Below the pieces are notes generated by a model. It made no database searches, was not told the DNA's origin, and saw only the letters and a program-made list of their open reading frames with translations. A DNA stretch of 64,000 nt from Oscillospiraceae bacterium (GTDB lineage Bacteria; Bacillota; Clostridia; Oscillospirales; Oscillospiraceae), in the NCBI GenBank assembly GCA_021769865.1, contig JAETSB010000005.1, forward strand, positions 4,219-68,218. Reading direction: 5' to 3'. Positions 1 to 9,238 of the stretch are shown here, one piece after another. Numbering within the stretch: the first letter of the stretch is position 1; each line of letters begins with the position of its first letter. The position numbers and the translations under genes are program-made.

Positions 1-426
1 CTGGAGGAAGATCCACTGGGTCCACTTGTAGTAATCCGGGTCCGTGGTGTTGACCTCCCGGTCCCAGTCGAAGGAGTAGCCCAGCATGCGCAGCTGCCTG
101 CGGAAGTTCTCCACGTTGTCGTGGGTGACCTTGGCGGGGTGGATGTGGTTTTTCACGGCGTAGTTCTCCGTGGGCAGGCCGAAGGCGTCGTAGCCGATGG
201 GGAAGAGGACGTTGTAGCCCTGCATCCGCTTCTTCCGGCAGATGATGTCCATGGCGGTGAAGGGCCGGGCGTGGCCCACGTGGAGACCCTGCCCGGAGGG
301 GTAGGGGAACTCGATGAGGCCGAAGAATTTTTCGCGGCTCTTGTCGCCGTTGACGGCGGTGAAGGGCTTTTCCTCCAGCCACTTCTGCTGCCATTTCTTC
401 TCAATGGCGGTGAAATCGTATTTCAT
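1..426 (-). CDS. leuS: Leucyl-tRNA synthetase, N-terminal part (runs off the window)
   Basis: Manual translation from ATG at 426: [13 protein letters not shown]...[13 protein letters not shown] (HIGH-like)...[11 protein letters not shown]...[25 protein letters not shown]. Confidence 0.96.
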   Translation of the reverse strand, partial: MKYDFTAIEKKWQQKWLEEKPFTAVNGDKSREKFFGLIEFPYPSGQGLHVGHARPFTAMDIICRKKRMQGYNVLFPIGYDAFGLPTENYAVKNHIHPAKVTHDNVENFRRQLRMLGYSFDWDREVNTTDPDYYKWTQWIFLQ

Positions 427-466
427 GTGTGTTCTCCTTTATGATGAAAATAAAATGATGATATCG

Positions 467-856
467 TCAAGTCCGCTCGAAGGACAGATACCGCGTGCCC
501 TGGAAGGTCAGGGTCCCTTGGTCCCCCTCCGCCAGCATGCCGTATTCCGGGCCGCTGACGGTAAATTCCATCCGGTCCCCGCTCTCCACCTGGAAGGTGG
601 CGTAGTAGTGGGTGGAGGCGGTGGCATGGCCGATGCCGTCGTCATGGTGACGGCGGCTTGTGACGCTGGTCCGCTTGGTGACCACCTGGGCGGAAACCGT
701 CAGCTTGGGGGAGGCGTTGTTTTTACTCCAGGTACTGACGCCCCGGACCGCCGTGACGACGAACATGCCGACGACAGCCACAAAGATCACAATGATAAAA
801 ATCGGGACGATCGAAAACATCACATCAAATCCGCCCATTCCAAATCCTGCGCTCAT
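467..856 (-). CDS. DUF2500-like membrane-anchored protein
   Basis: N-terminal TM helix; NNASPKLTVSAQVVTKR...YYATFQVESGDRMEF...YGMLAEGDQGTLTFQGTRYL is typical of the family. Confidence 0.8.
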   Translation of the reverse strand: MSAGFGMGGFDVMFSIVPIFIIVIFVAVVGMFVVTAVRGVSTWSKNNASPKLTVSAQVVTKRTSVTSRRHHDDGIGHATASTHYYATFQVESGDRMEFTVSGPEYGMLAEGDQGTLTFQGTRYLSFERT

Positions 857-879
857 TTCCTCTCTCCTTTCTCAGACGA

Positions 880-1112
880 CGAAAACGCCCCCAGCCGAAC
901 GGCCAGGGGCGTTGGTCAAAACGCGGTACCACCCTGTTCAGCCGCCGGAGGCGGCCCTCATGGCCCGGTAACGGGGGCGAACCGCCCCGCCCTACCTGTC
1001 GGGCGGGAGACTCCGGGACCAGTCATGCACAGGGGCTCCCCCGCCGGCTCGCACCATCCGCCGGCTCTCTGAGGGCGGGACCCTCCCCCGTCTTCTTCCC
1101 TTCATCGTCGTT
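880..1112 (-). promoter_or_regulatory. T-box riboswitch (Leu, CUG specifier)
   Basis: AGGGTGGTACCGCG T-box at 922-935 (minus strand); stem I with AGAGA and GGTGCGA motifs; CUG specifier at 1022-1020; terminator hairpin at ~882-912; upstream of leuS. Confidence 0.9.
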
Positions 1113-1123
1113 CAACAGGCCCT

Positions 1124-1152
1124 ATTGTACGGGGAAGGGGCCGGTTTGTCAA
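1124..1152 (-). promoter_or_regulatory. Sigma-A promoter of the T-box/DUF2500/leuS unit
   Basis: TTGACA-17 bp-TACAAT on the minus strand. Confidence 0.8.
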
Positions 1153-1205
1153 GGGGAAAATGACCAAAAAACCGCCCGGGACAGGGCCCCGGGCGGCGTT
1201 TCCGC

Positions 1206-2738
1206 TTACTTTTCCTTCACGTCGTCGAAGAGCTTCCCGATCCCCGCGTCCGGGGCCGGGGTCAGCAGGCTGACAATCACGATGGCGGCCAGGCCCACCA
1301 CAAAGGCGGGTAGCAGCTCATAGATGTCCAGGGCGCCGCCCATGGGGCGGACCAGGAACTTCCAGACGAAGATCATCACGCCGCCGGCCACCAGGCCCGC
1401 CATGACGCCCTGGCGGTTGCTCCGCTTCCAGTAGAGGGCGCAGAGGATGGCCGGGCCGAATGTCGCGCCGAAGCCCGCCCAGGCGAAGGACACGATCTGG
1501 AACACGTTGCTGTCCGGGTCCGAGGCCAGGAAGAGGGCGATGACGGCGATGACGACGACGGTCAGCCGGGCGATGAGCATGGTCTGCTTCTCCGTCAGCT
1601 TCACGCCGAAGACCTCCTGGACAATGTTCTCCGAGAAGGCGGAGGAGGCCGCCAGCAGCTGGCTGTCCGCCGTGGACATGGTGGCGGCCAGGATGCCCGC
1701 CAGGATGCAGCCCGCCACAATGGCGGGGAAAACGCCGTAGCCGGACAGCAGGTCCGAGAGCCGTACGATGATCGTCTCCGTGGCGCTGCCCTCCAGGAAA
1801 GGCACCCGGCCCTTCGCGGACACGGCGTGGCCCACGATGCCGATGAACACGGCCACGCCCATGGAGATCACTACCCAGGTGGCGGCGATGCGGCGGGAGA
1901 GGGTCAGCTCGTTCTCGTCCCGGATGGCCATGAACCGGACCAGGATATGGGGCATGCCGAAGTACCCAAGACCCCAGGCCATCATGGAGATGATGCGGAT
2001 AAAGCCGTAGGGCTCCGCCGCGCCGCTGGCGGCGTTGTAGGTCTCCGTAAAGCTGAAGAAGCCGGGAAGGGTCCGGGCATGGGCGATGACGGCGTCCATG
2101 CCCCCCGCCTGGACCACGCCGAAGACCACGATGACGGTCAGGGCGGCGGTCATGATGATGGACTGGATCAGGTCCATGGTGGCCACGGCGTTGAAGCCGC
2201 CGATGGAGGTGTAGCTGATGATGACAATGGCCCCGATGACCACGGCGGCCATGTAGTTCCAGCCAAATAAGCTGTTGAAGAGCTTGCCGATGGCGGCAAG
2301 GCCCGAGGCGACATAGGGCACGAAGAAGATCAGGATGATCAGGGCGGAGATGCACATGATGACGGGCTTCTTCTCCCCGTAGCGCTTGGAGATAAAGCTG
2401 GGGATGGTAATGGCATCCAGCTTCACGCTGTAGCGGCGGAGCTTTTTGGCAACCAAAAGGAAGTTCAGGTAGGTGCCCACGGCCAGGCCGATGGCGGTCC
2501 AGCTGGCGTCGGCCACGCCGGATAAATAGGCCAGGCCCGGGATGCCCATGAGCAGGTAGCTGCTCATGTCGCTGGCCTCGGCGCTCATGGCGGTGACCAG
2601 GGGGCCGATGCCCCGGCCGCCCAGGTAGAAGCCCTCGGCGCTCTTCTTGGAGCGGCGGCCGATCATCACTCCGGTGAAGATGACGAAACAGAGGTACGCG
2701 ATGATGGTACCCATAATGCAGATTTGTGCGGTAGACAT
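1206..2738 (-). CDS. putP: Sodium/proline symporter (SSS family)
   Basis: FYLGGRGIGPLVTAMSAEASDMS, WGLGYFGMPHILVRFMAI, ATMSTADSQLL, AWAGFGATFGP motifs. Confidence 0.9.
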   Translation of the reverse strand: MSTAQICIMGTIIAYLCFVIFTGVMIGRRSKKSAEGFYLGGRGIGPLVTAMSAEASDMSSYLLMGIPGLAYLSGVADASWTAIGLAVGTYLNFLLVAKKLRRYSVKLDAITIPSFISKRYGEKKPVIMCISALIILIFFVPYVASGLAAIGKLFNSLFGWNYMAAVVIGAIVIISYTSIGGFNAVATMDLIQSIIMTAALTVIVVFGVVQAGGMDAVIAHARTLPGFFSFTETYNAASGAAEPYGFIRIISMMAWGLGYFGMPHILVRFMAIRDENELTLSRRIAATWVVISMGVAVFIGIVGHAVSAKGRVPFLEGSATETIIVRLSDLLSGYGVFPAIVAGCILAGILAATMSTADSQLLAASSAFSENIVQEVFGVKLTEKQTMLIARLTVVVIAVIALFLASDPDSNVFQIVSFAWAGFGATFGPAILCALYWKRSNRQGVMAGLVAGGVMIFVWKFLVRPMGGALDIYELLPAFVVGLAAIVIVSLLTPAPDAGIGKLFDDVKEK

Positions 2739-2970
2739 GAAATCTCTCTCCTTTTCCGTTCTCAGTGGGTGCTATCATAGCACACTTTCCACTAGAATGA
2801 AAGACAGAACGAGGTATAGAATGCGGTCTACACCTCGTTCTGTAAGATTTCACTAAAATGTCGGAATTACAAGGCTTTTCAGCCGTACAATTTTTAGGGG
2901 AAATTCCCGTCCGAAAGTAAAATCCCCTCTTGACGCGGCTCAATCCGACCCTGCCGGGAAGGGACAGTGG

Positions 2971-3663
2971 TCACGCCGGGTCCCCCGGAAAGGTCTCCAG
3001 CGCCCGCTCCAGGGTCTCCTCCACCTCCGTCCTTCCATCCGGTTCCCCCACGATGTGGACATCGTACAGCACGCCGTCCCGGATCAGGTAGGCCGTGCGG
3101 GAGCAGTACCGCTCCGTGTTCTCCGAGATCACGTGCAGCACGCCGTCCGCCGTCTGTTTCCCCAGGTCCAGGGTCCAGTCCCTGTCCGAGTGCTTGGCCT
3201 TGCTGGGGTCCCCGTACAAAAGGGCCGAGAGCATCACCCGGGTCTCGCCGGCGCGGTATCCGGCCTCGGCTCTGATCCAGTCCACATAGCCCTCCTCCGT
3301 GCCGTCCCACTGGAGGTCCACCCGGGGGGCGTCCAGAAAGCCCAGGGGCATGGCCGCATAGGTTCCCTTTTCCAGCCAGTCACAGTCCTCCAGGGGATTG
3401 GGGACGGAGAAGCCCAGGAAGTCCTCGCAGGCCGCCCAATCCTCAAAGCCCCGCTGGCACCAGCCGGGCGTGTGGCTGGAGATCACCTGTTCCTCCTCGC
3501 TCAAGGCGTTCCAGGACGTCCACTCCTCCTCCAGGGCCTCCCGCAGGTCCAGGGAGAGGGTCTCCTGGGGAATGGGGTCCACGGCGGCGGGCCCGGCGTC
3601 CGCTTGGCACCCGGCCAGCAGCGCGGCGCACAGCAGCCAGGCAAGTACTCGCCGTCCTCTCAT
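2971..3663 (-). CDS. Hypothetical lipoprotein
   Basis: Lipobox LLAGC; start overlaps the stop of the TetR gene. Confidence 0.7.
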   Translation of the reverse strand: MRGRRVLAWLLCAALLAGCQADAGPAAVDPIPQETLSLDLREALEEEWTSWNALSEEEQVISSHTPGWCQRGFEDWAACEDFLGFSVPNPLEDCDWLEKGTYAAMPLGFLDAPRVDLQWDGTEEGYVDWIRAEAGYRAGETRVMLSALLYGDPSKAKHSDRDWTLDLGKQTADGVLHVISENTERYCSRTAYLIRDGVLYDVHIVGEPDGRTEVEETLERALETFPGDPA

Positions 3664-4268
3664 ACCGCCGCCTCCTTTTTATCCGCCCCCCGCCAGCTCT
3701 CCAGGAACGTGGGGGTCATGGCGTCCGTGTAGGCAACCAGCGAGTACTCCCCGCCGCAGAGGCACCAGTCGTACAGCAGGGCCCGCTCCCAGAGGGCGTA
3801 GGCCTTCACGATCTCGTTCACCGTCCGGTCCGTCCGGAGCTGCCCCGTCCGCTGGCCCTCGGCGATGATGTTCCGCAGCAGCTTGAAATAGGTCCGGTTC
3901 CGGTCCAGCAGGTGTTTCTCTCCCCGGGTCAGCAGCTGGGTGGAGAGGAGCCGGGCCAGCAGGTCCAGGGAGATGCCCCCGTCGATCATGGCGAAGAGCT
4001 CGTGGTTCAAAAACACCAGTTTCTCAATGGCGTCCTGCTCCGGAGAGAGGACGGGAATCAGCTCTTCGTATTTCTCGTCAAAGACGTTGGAGAGGGTGCC
4101 CAGCAGCGCGTCCTTGCCGTCGAAATAGTGGTAGAAAGAGCCCTTGGAGGTCTCGGACTCAAACACGATGTCCTCGATGGTGGTGTCCTCATAGCCCTGC
4201 TCGTAGAAGAGCTTCCAGGCGGCGGAGATGATGCGGCCCTTGGTGTTTCGGGCGTTTTTCCGGGGCAT
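3660..4268 (-). CDS. TetR/AcrR family transcriptional regulator
   Basis: IISAAWKLFYEQGYEDTTIEDI...SKGSFYHYFDGKDALL; GGAGG RBS before ATG 4268. Confidence 0.92.
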   Translation of the reverse strand: MPRKNARNTKGRIISAAWKLFYEQGYEDTTIEDIVFESETSKGSFYHYFDGKDALLGTLSNVFDEKYEELIPVLSPEQDAIEKLVFLNHELFAMIDGGISLDLLARLLSTQLLTRGEKHLLDRNRTYFKLLRNIIAEGQRTGQLRTDRTVNEIVKAYALWERALLYDWCLCGGEYSLVAYTDAMTPTFLESWRGADKKEAAV

Positions 4269-4299
4269 GGCGGGGCCTCCTTTCCGAGGATTTTTATAG

Positions 4300-4328
4300 T
4301 TGACAGCCCGGGGAAGGGCTGGTATAAT
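4300..4328 (+). promoter_or_regulatory. Consensus sigma-A promoter driving a short non-coding RNA
   Basis: TTGACA(4300)-17 bp-TATAAT(4323). Confidence 0.85.
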
Positions 4329-4333
4329 CAAGG

Positions 4334-4434
4334 CAAGAGGGGCGCGACCGGGGCTACGGTCGCGGCTCAACCTCGTCAAGTTTCGAGCTTGGAGATTTGG
4401 CCGCTTCCTATAGCTGGGGGGCGGTTATTTCTTT
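4334..4434 (+). ncRNA. Putative antitoxin sRNA (type I TA)
   Basis: Consensus promoter, no ORF with an RBS, hairpin gcgaccg..cggtcgc, ends in hairpin 4399-4426 followed by a U-rich tract; convergent with the peptide gene. Confidence 0.6.
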
Positions 4435-4508
4435 GTCATCGCGCTGATGACGCCGAAAATCACAACGGCTAGAAGGTTCAGTAACGCAAGCGTTTCCAAA
4501 ACCGTCAC
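4425..4508 (-). CDS. 27-aa hydrophobic peptide, putative type I toxin (MTVLETLALLNLLAVVIFGVISAMTKK)
   Basis: AGGAGGTGA RBS at 4521-4513, GTG start, single TM helix with KK tail, own TTGACA(4589)-17-TATATC(4566) promoter. Confidence 0.75.
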   Translation of the reverse strand: MTVLETLALLNLLAVVIFGVISAMTKK

Positions 4509-4699
4509 GCTGTCACCTCCTATGTACGGAGGTCAAGCCGTTCCCCTCTCGCCTGATACTGATATAACATACTTCCACCGGCGTGTCAACGACGCCGCTC
4601 TTTACTGTTCGCACTTTTTGCAAGGTTTTCAGCACATTCTCCGGTATTCATTTGCGGAGAGTGCGATTATAATAAGGACCAGACAAGGAGGAAGGACCC

Positions 4700-5539
4700 A
4701 TGAGATTCTGGAAGATGAACGGGGCCGGAAACGACTTCATCATCCTGAACAACCTGGAGGAGCATTTGCCTTTGGAGGCTTTGCCGCAGATTGCCCGGAC
4801 GCTGTGCGAGCGCCGCATGTCCGTCGGGGCCGACGGGCTGATGGTGGTGGAGGCGGCGGACCAGGGCGGCGACTTCAAAATGCTGTTTTTCAACTCCGAC
4901 GGCAGCGTGGGGGAGATGTGCGGCAACGGCGCCCGGTGCATCTGCCGCTACGGCTTCGAGAACGGCCTGGCGGGAGAGGCCCAGGCCGTGGAGACCACCG
5001 CCGGGATGGTGTTCGGCCGGCGGATTGACCAGCGGCTCTACCGGGTCCGCCTCAACGACCCCGCCGCCATCAAGCTGGACTGCCCGGTGGAGATCGACGG
5101 CGTACGGTACGCCTGCTCCTACGTGGAGCTGGGGAACCCGGGCCTGCCCCACGCGGTGGTCCCCTACCACAATCTCCTGAACGCCGACGAGGGTGAGCTG
5201 CGGGAGCTGGGGCGGAAGATCCGCTGGAGCCCCGTCTTCCCCAAGGGGGCCAACGTGAACTTCTATGAGCTCACCGGGGAGGACCGCTTCTATGAACGGA
5301 CCTTTGAGCGGGGAGTGGAGGACTTCACCTACGCCTGCGGCACGGGCACCGGGTCCGTCACGGCGGTGCTGACCCTCCAGGGAAAGGTCAGCGGGCACCG
5401 GGTCCGGGCGGACATGACCGGCGGGACGCTGTATGTGGATGCGGAGCGGACCGACAGCCAGATTACGGAGCTGTGCCTCACCGGGCCTACCAACGTCGTC
5501 TGTAAGGGCGAAATTACCGACGAGGAGCTGACCTACTAA
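4700..5539 (+). CDS. dapF: Diaminopimelate epimerase family protein
   Basis: KMNGAGNDF, FNSDGS..EMCGNG, GNP..PH, ERGVEDFTYACGTG. Confidence 0.88.
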   Translation: MRFWKMNGAGNDFIILNNLEEHLPLEALPQIARTLCERRMSVGADGLMVVEAADQGGDFKMLFFNSDGSVGEMCGNGARCICRYGFENGLAGEAQAVETTAGMVFGRRIDQRLYRVRLNDPAAIKLDCPVEIDGVRYACSYVELGNPGLPHAVVPYHNLLNADEGELRELGRKIRWSPVFPKGANVNFYELTGEDRFYERTFERGVEDFTYACGTGTGSVTAVLTLQGKVSGHRVRADMTGGTLYVDAERTDSQITELCLTGPTNVVCKGEITDEELTY

Positions 5540-5570
5540 TTTCTGTGTGCAAAAAAGCAGGAGGGACATT

Positions 5571-6845
5571 ATGGAAAAGAAATCCATCGCGAAGAACTAT
5601 GCCTTTTTAGCCATTATGCTGGGGGCCATGATCCTGGGCGCCATCCTGGGCTGGGTCTGGCCCGCCGAGGTGGACGCGGACGGAAGCGTTATCTCCGGCA
5701 CCGGGGCCACGGTCCTCAAGCCCCTGGGCACTGTGTTCATCAACATGATGTTCTGCGTCGTCGTTCCCATGGTCTTCGCCTCCATCTCCAGCGCTGTGGC
5801 CAACATGGAGAGCCGGAAGCGGGCGGGGAAGATCATGGGCGTCACCGTGGGAACCTTCGTGGTCACCGGGGCCATTGCCGCCGTCATCATGTACGTGCTG
5901 ATGGTCGTCTTCCCGCCGGTGCCCGCCGCCTGGACGAATCTGGCCGCCGAGGAGATCGGCGAGTATGCCACGCTCCCCGATATGATCGTCAACTTCTTCA
6001 CCGCCAGCGATTTCAGCGGCCTGCTGACCCGCCGGGCCATGCTGCCCCTGATCGTGTTCTCCCTGCTCTTCGGCTTCGCCGTGAACCTCAACGGCGGCAA
6101 GGACACCCCCGTGGGCCGCTTCCTGGACGACCTGGCCGGGGTCATGCTGAAGTTCGTGAAGATCATCACCTACTATGCCCCCATCGCCTTCTTCGGCTTC
6201 TTCGCGGACCTGGTGGCCACCTACGGCCCCCAGATTACCGAGAATTACGCCCGGGCCCTGGCGGTGTACTATCCCCTCTGCTTCGTCTACATCTTCACCG
6301 CCTGGCCCCTCTTCGCCTGGTTCGGCGGCGGCAAGGGTGCCATCCGGGTCATGTTCCAGCACATCACCAAGCCCGCCGTGGTGTCCCTGGGCACCTGCTC
6401 CTCTGTTGCCACCATCCCCACCAACATGGAGGAGGCCGCCGACACCGGCATCCGCAAGGACGTGGCGGACATGGTGCTGCCCCTGGGGGCCACGATGCAC
6501 ATGGACGGGTCCTGCTTCTCCTGTGTGCTGAAGATCGCCTTTGTGCTGGGGGTTTTCGGCCAGCGGCTGGACCTGGGGATGCTGATTCCCGTGGTGCTGG
6601 TGGCGGTCCTCAGCTCCGTGGGCATGAGCGGCGTCCCCGGCGGCGGGTATATTGGCGAGTACATCATCTGCTCCATCTTCTTCCCCGCCCAGATGGAGAT
6701 CGCCTTCCCCATCCTGGTGGTCATCGGCAACCTGGTGGACCCCCCTGCCACCATGATCAACGCCGCCGGAGACTACGTGACCTGCTTCATCGTCTCCCGC
6801 TTTGTGGACGGGAAGGACTGGCTCCAGAAGCAGCTGAAAAAGTAA
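5571..6845 (+). CDS. Dicarboxylate/amino acid:cation symporter
   Basis: GTCSSVATIP, PLGATMHMDG, GVPGGG motifs; multiple TM helices. Confidence 0.9.
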   Translation: MEKKSIAKNYAFLAIMLGAMILGAILGWVWPAEVDADGSVISGTGATVLKPLGTVFINMMFCVVVPMVFASISSAVANMESRKRAGKIMGVTVGTFVVTGAIAAVIMYVLMVVFPPVPAAWTNLAAEEIGEYATLPDMIVNFFTASDFSGLLTRRAMLPLIVFSLLFGFAVNLNGGKDTPVGRFLDDLAGVMLKFVKIITYYAPIAFFGFFADLVATYGPQITENYARALAVYYPLCFVYIFTAWPLFAWFGGGKGAIRVMFQHITKPAVVSLGTCSSVATIPTNMEEAADTGIRKDVADMVLPLGATMHMDGSCFSCVLKIAFVLGVFGQRLDLGMLIPVVLVAVLSSVGMSGVPGGGYIGEYIICSIFFPAQMEIAFPILVVIGNLVDPPATMINAAGDYVTCFIVSRFVDGKDWLQKQLKK

Positions 6846-6918
6846 GCCCCGGAACGGACCTCAGGGCCGGGAGGAAGCGTTCCTCCCTGCTCCCTTTTCC
6901 ACAGGGGCCCGTCCCCGC

Positions 6919-6958
6919 GAAAAGGGTCCCCTTCCCACAGAGGAAGGGGACCCTTTTT
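6919..6958. terminator. Bidirectional intrinsic terminator
   Basis: aaaagggtccccttcc-loop-ggaaggggacccttttt between convergent genes. Confidence 0.8.
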
Positions 6959-6973
6959 CTTGTCCTGTTCTGC

Positions 6974-8002
6974 TCAGGCGTCGTTGTGGTGCGCCACGTA
7001 GAACGCGTCGTAATCCCTCAGCATCTCCACCAGCAGGTTCGGGGTGTCCAGCCCGTAGGGGCAGCGGCTTTTGCAGGCGTCGCAGTGGACGCATTCCTCT
7101 ATCTTGTGCATCTTGGCGTGCCATTCGTCGGACATGTAGGGCTGGTAGGGCGACCGGCGCAGCAGGGCGGACATCCGGGCCGCCTGGGGAATGTCGATCC
7201 CCGCGGCGCAGGGGAGGCAGTAGCCGCAGGAGCGGCAGAAGCTGCCCACTAGCTCCTTCCGGTCCGCTTCGATGACGGCCTTGAGCTCGGGGGTCATATG
7301 GGGGTCCCGCTGGCTGAGCTCCAGCCACTGGTCCAGCTCCCACTCGTGCTGGATGCCCCAGATAGGCACTACGTTGGGAAACTCCCGCATAAAGGCGTAG
7401 CACGCCTCGGCGTTGCTCAGAAGCCCGCCGGAGAGGCCCTTCATGGCAATATAGCCCATGTCGGCCTTTTTACAGTCCTCCACCAGCCCCAGCTCCTTCT
7501 CGGTGGTCAGGTAGCAGAAGGGGAACTGGAGGGTCTCGAAGTTCCCGGAGGCGATGGCCTCCTGAGCGATGAACAGCCGGTGGTTTGTGATGCCGATGTG
7601 CCGGATATAGCCCTTTTCCTTCATCTCCAGGGCGGCGGCGAAGGGGCCGTCCGGATCGTGGATGTCCGGCAGTTTGGCGGGGTTATGGAACTGGAAGAGG
7701 TCGATGTAATCCGTCCGCAGGGACCGGAGGCTTTGCTCAATGTGACTGAGGACGGTTTTCTTGTCCCCGCCGCCGCTCTTAGTGGAGATGACGACGTTCT
7801 GCCGCACGCCCTCCAGGGCCTCGCCCAGCTTTTCCTCGCTGTCGGTATACATGTTGGCGGTGTCGAAGTAGTTGATCCCGGCCTCATAGGCCCGGCGGAC
7901 CAGCTTCACCGCATCGGCCTTGGAAATCCGCTGAATGGGCAGGGCGCCGAAGGCCGTCTTGGTCACCATCAGCTCCGTGCGGCCCAGTCTTACTTTTTCC
8001 AT
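6974..8002 (-). CDS. Aldo/keto reductase with C-terminal 4Fe-4S dicluster
   Basis: GINYFDTANMY, LRTDYIDLFQFH; CRSCGYCLPC and CVHCDACKSRCP. Confidence 0.9.
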   Translation of the reverse strand: MEKVRLGRTELMVTKTAFGALPIQRISKADAVKLVRRAYEAGINYFDTANMYTDSEEKLGEALEGVRQNVVISTKSGGGDKKTVLSHIEQSLRSLRTDYIDLFQFHNPAKLPDIHDPDGPFAAALEMKEKGYIRHIGITNHRLFIAQEAIASGNFETLQFPFCYLTTEKELGLVEDCKKADMGYIAMKGLSGGLLSNAEACYAFMREFPNVVPIWGIQHEWELDQWLELSQRDPHMTPELKAVIEADRKELVGSFCRSCGYCLPCAAGIDIPQAARMSALLRRSPYQPYMSDEWHAKMHKIEECVHCDACKSRCPYGLDTPNLLVEMLRDYDAFYVAHHNDA

Positions 8003-8022
8003 AAAATTCTCCCTTTGTTTCA

Positions 8023-9033
8023 TCAAAAATCAGGGCCGCAGCTGTTGGTCAGGGCCTCCAGGATCTGATAGCGGTCCATCTGGAAGGTCTTGGTCATAGC
8101 CAGGGCCTCCTCCATGTCCAAATCCGTCAGGCGGCCGTCCAGAATGCCGATGATGCGGTTTCCCCCGCCCTCGGCCAGGACCTTCACCGCCTCGTAGCCC
8201 ATGCGGCTGGCGGTTTCCCGGTCCCGGGCGGAGGGAGAGCCGCCCCGCTGAATGTGGCCCAGCACCGTCACCCGGGGATCGATGCCCAGCTCCTCGTGGA
8301 TGCGCTGGCTGATCTCGATGGCGCTGCCCGCGCCCTCGGCCACCACCACCATGTAGTGGGTGGTGCCCGCCAGGCGGGCCCGGCGGATCTTCTCCACGAT
8401 GTCCCGCTCGAAGTCCGGCTCCCGCTCGGGGATCAGCACGGCGGTGGCGCCCACGGAGATGCCCACGTAGAGGGCAAGGTACCCCGCGTGGCGGCCCATG
8501 ACCTCCACCACGGAGCAGCGCTCGTGGGACTGCATGGTGTCCCGCAGCTTGTCGATGCACTCGATGGCCGTGTTGCAGGCGGAGTCGAAGCCGATGGTGT
8601 AGTGGGAGCAGCCGATGTCGTTGTCGATGGTGGCGGGAATGCCCACCACCCGGAGGCTCATGCCGTCCTTGGCGGCCTGGCGGGAGATGGCCAGGGCCCC
8701 CCGGAAGGTGCCGTCGCCGCCGATGGCCACGATGCCGTCCAGGCCCAGCAGGCGGCAGGTGGCCAGGGCCTTGGCCCGGCCCGCCTCCTCCATGAACTCC
8801 AGGCTCCGGGCGGTGTAGAGCATAGTGCCGCCCTTGTTGATGATGTGGCTGACGCTGGAGGAGGTCAGCGGGACGAAGTCGCTGGTAATGAGGCCGTTCC
8901 AGCCCCGGCGGATGCCGATGCAGCTGATGCCCCGGGCAATGGAGGCCCGGACCACCGCCCGTACCGCCGCGTTCATGCCCGGCGCGTCGCCGCCGCTGGT
9001 GAGGACGCCGATTCTCTTTACCTTTTTCTCCAT
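8023..9033 (-). CDS. pfkA: 6-phosphofructokinase
   Basis: LTSGGDAPGMNAA, IGGDGTFRG, TIDND, EVMGRHAG, LGHIQRGG. Confidence 0.95.
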   Translation of the reverse strand: MEKKVKRIGVLTSGGDAPGMNAAVRAVVRASIARGISCIGIRRGWNGLITSDFVPLTSSSVSHIINKGGTMLYTARSLEFMEEAGRAKALATCRLLGLDGIVAIGGDGTFRGALAISRQAAKDGMSLRVVGIPATIDNDIGCSHYTIGFDSACNTAIECIDKLRDTMQSHERCSVVEVMGRHAGYLALYVGISVGATAVLIPEREPDFERDIVEKIRRARLAGTTHYMVVVAEGAGSAIEISQRIHEELGIDPRVTVLGHIQRGGSPSARDRETASRMGYEAVKVLAEGGGNRIIGILDGRLTDLDMEEALAMTKTFQMDRYQILEALTNSCGPDF

Positions 9034-9238
9034 AGGAAAACCCTCCTGACGAATTTCACCGGCAGAGCCGATTTTTTCCTGTATATCATGATACCGCCGG
9101 GATGGCTTGATGTCAAGCTGGGTTTGATTTCCAGGCGGGGACGGCCCCCAGGGAAAACTGTCACTTTTTTGTTACCACTTCCGGCGGAAAACCTGTTATA
9201 TTGGGTCCAGTTGATCTTGATGAGAAGGGATCGTGAGT

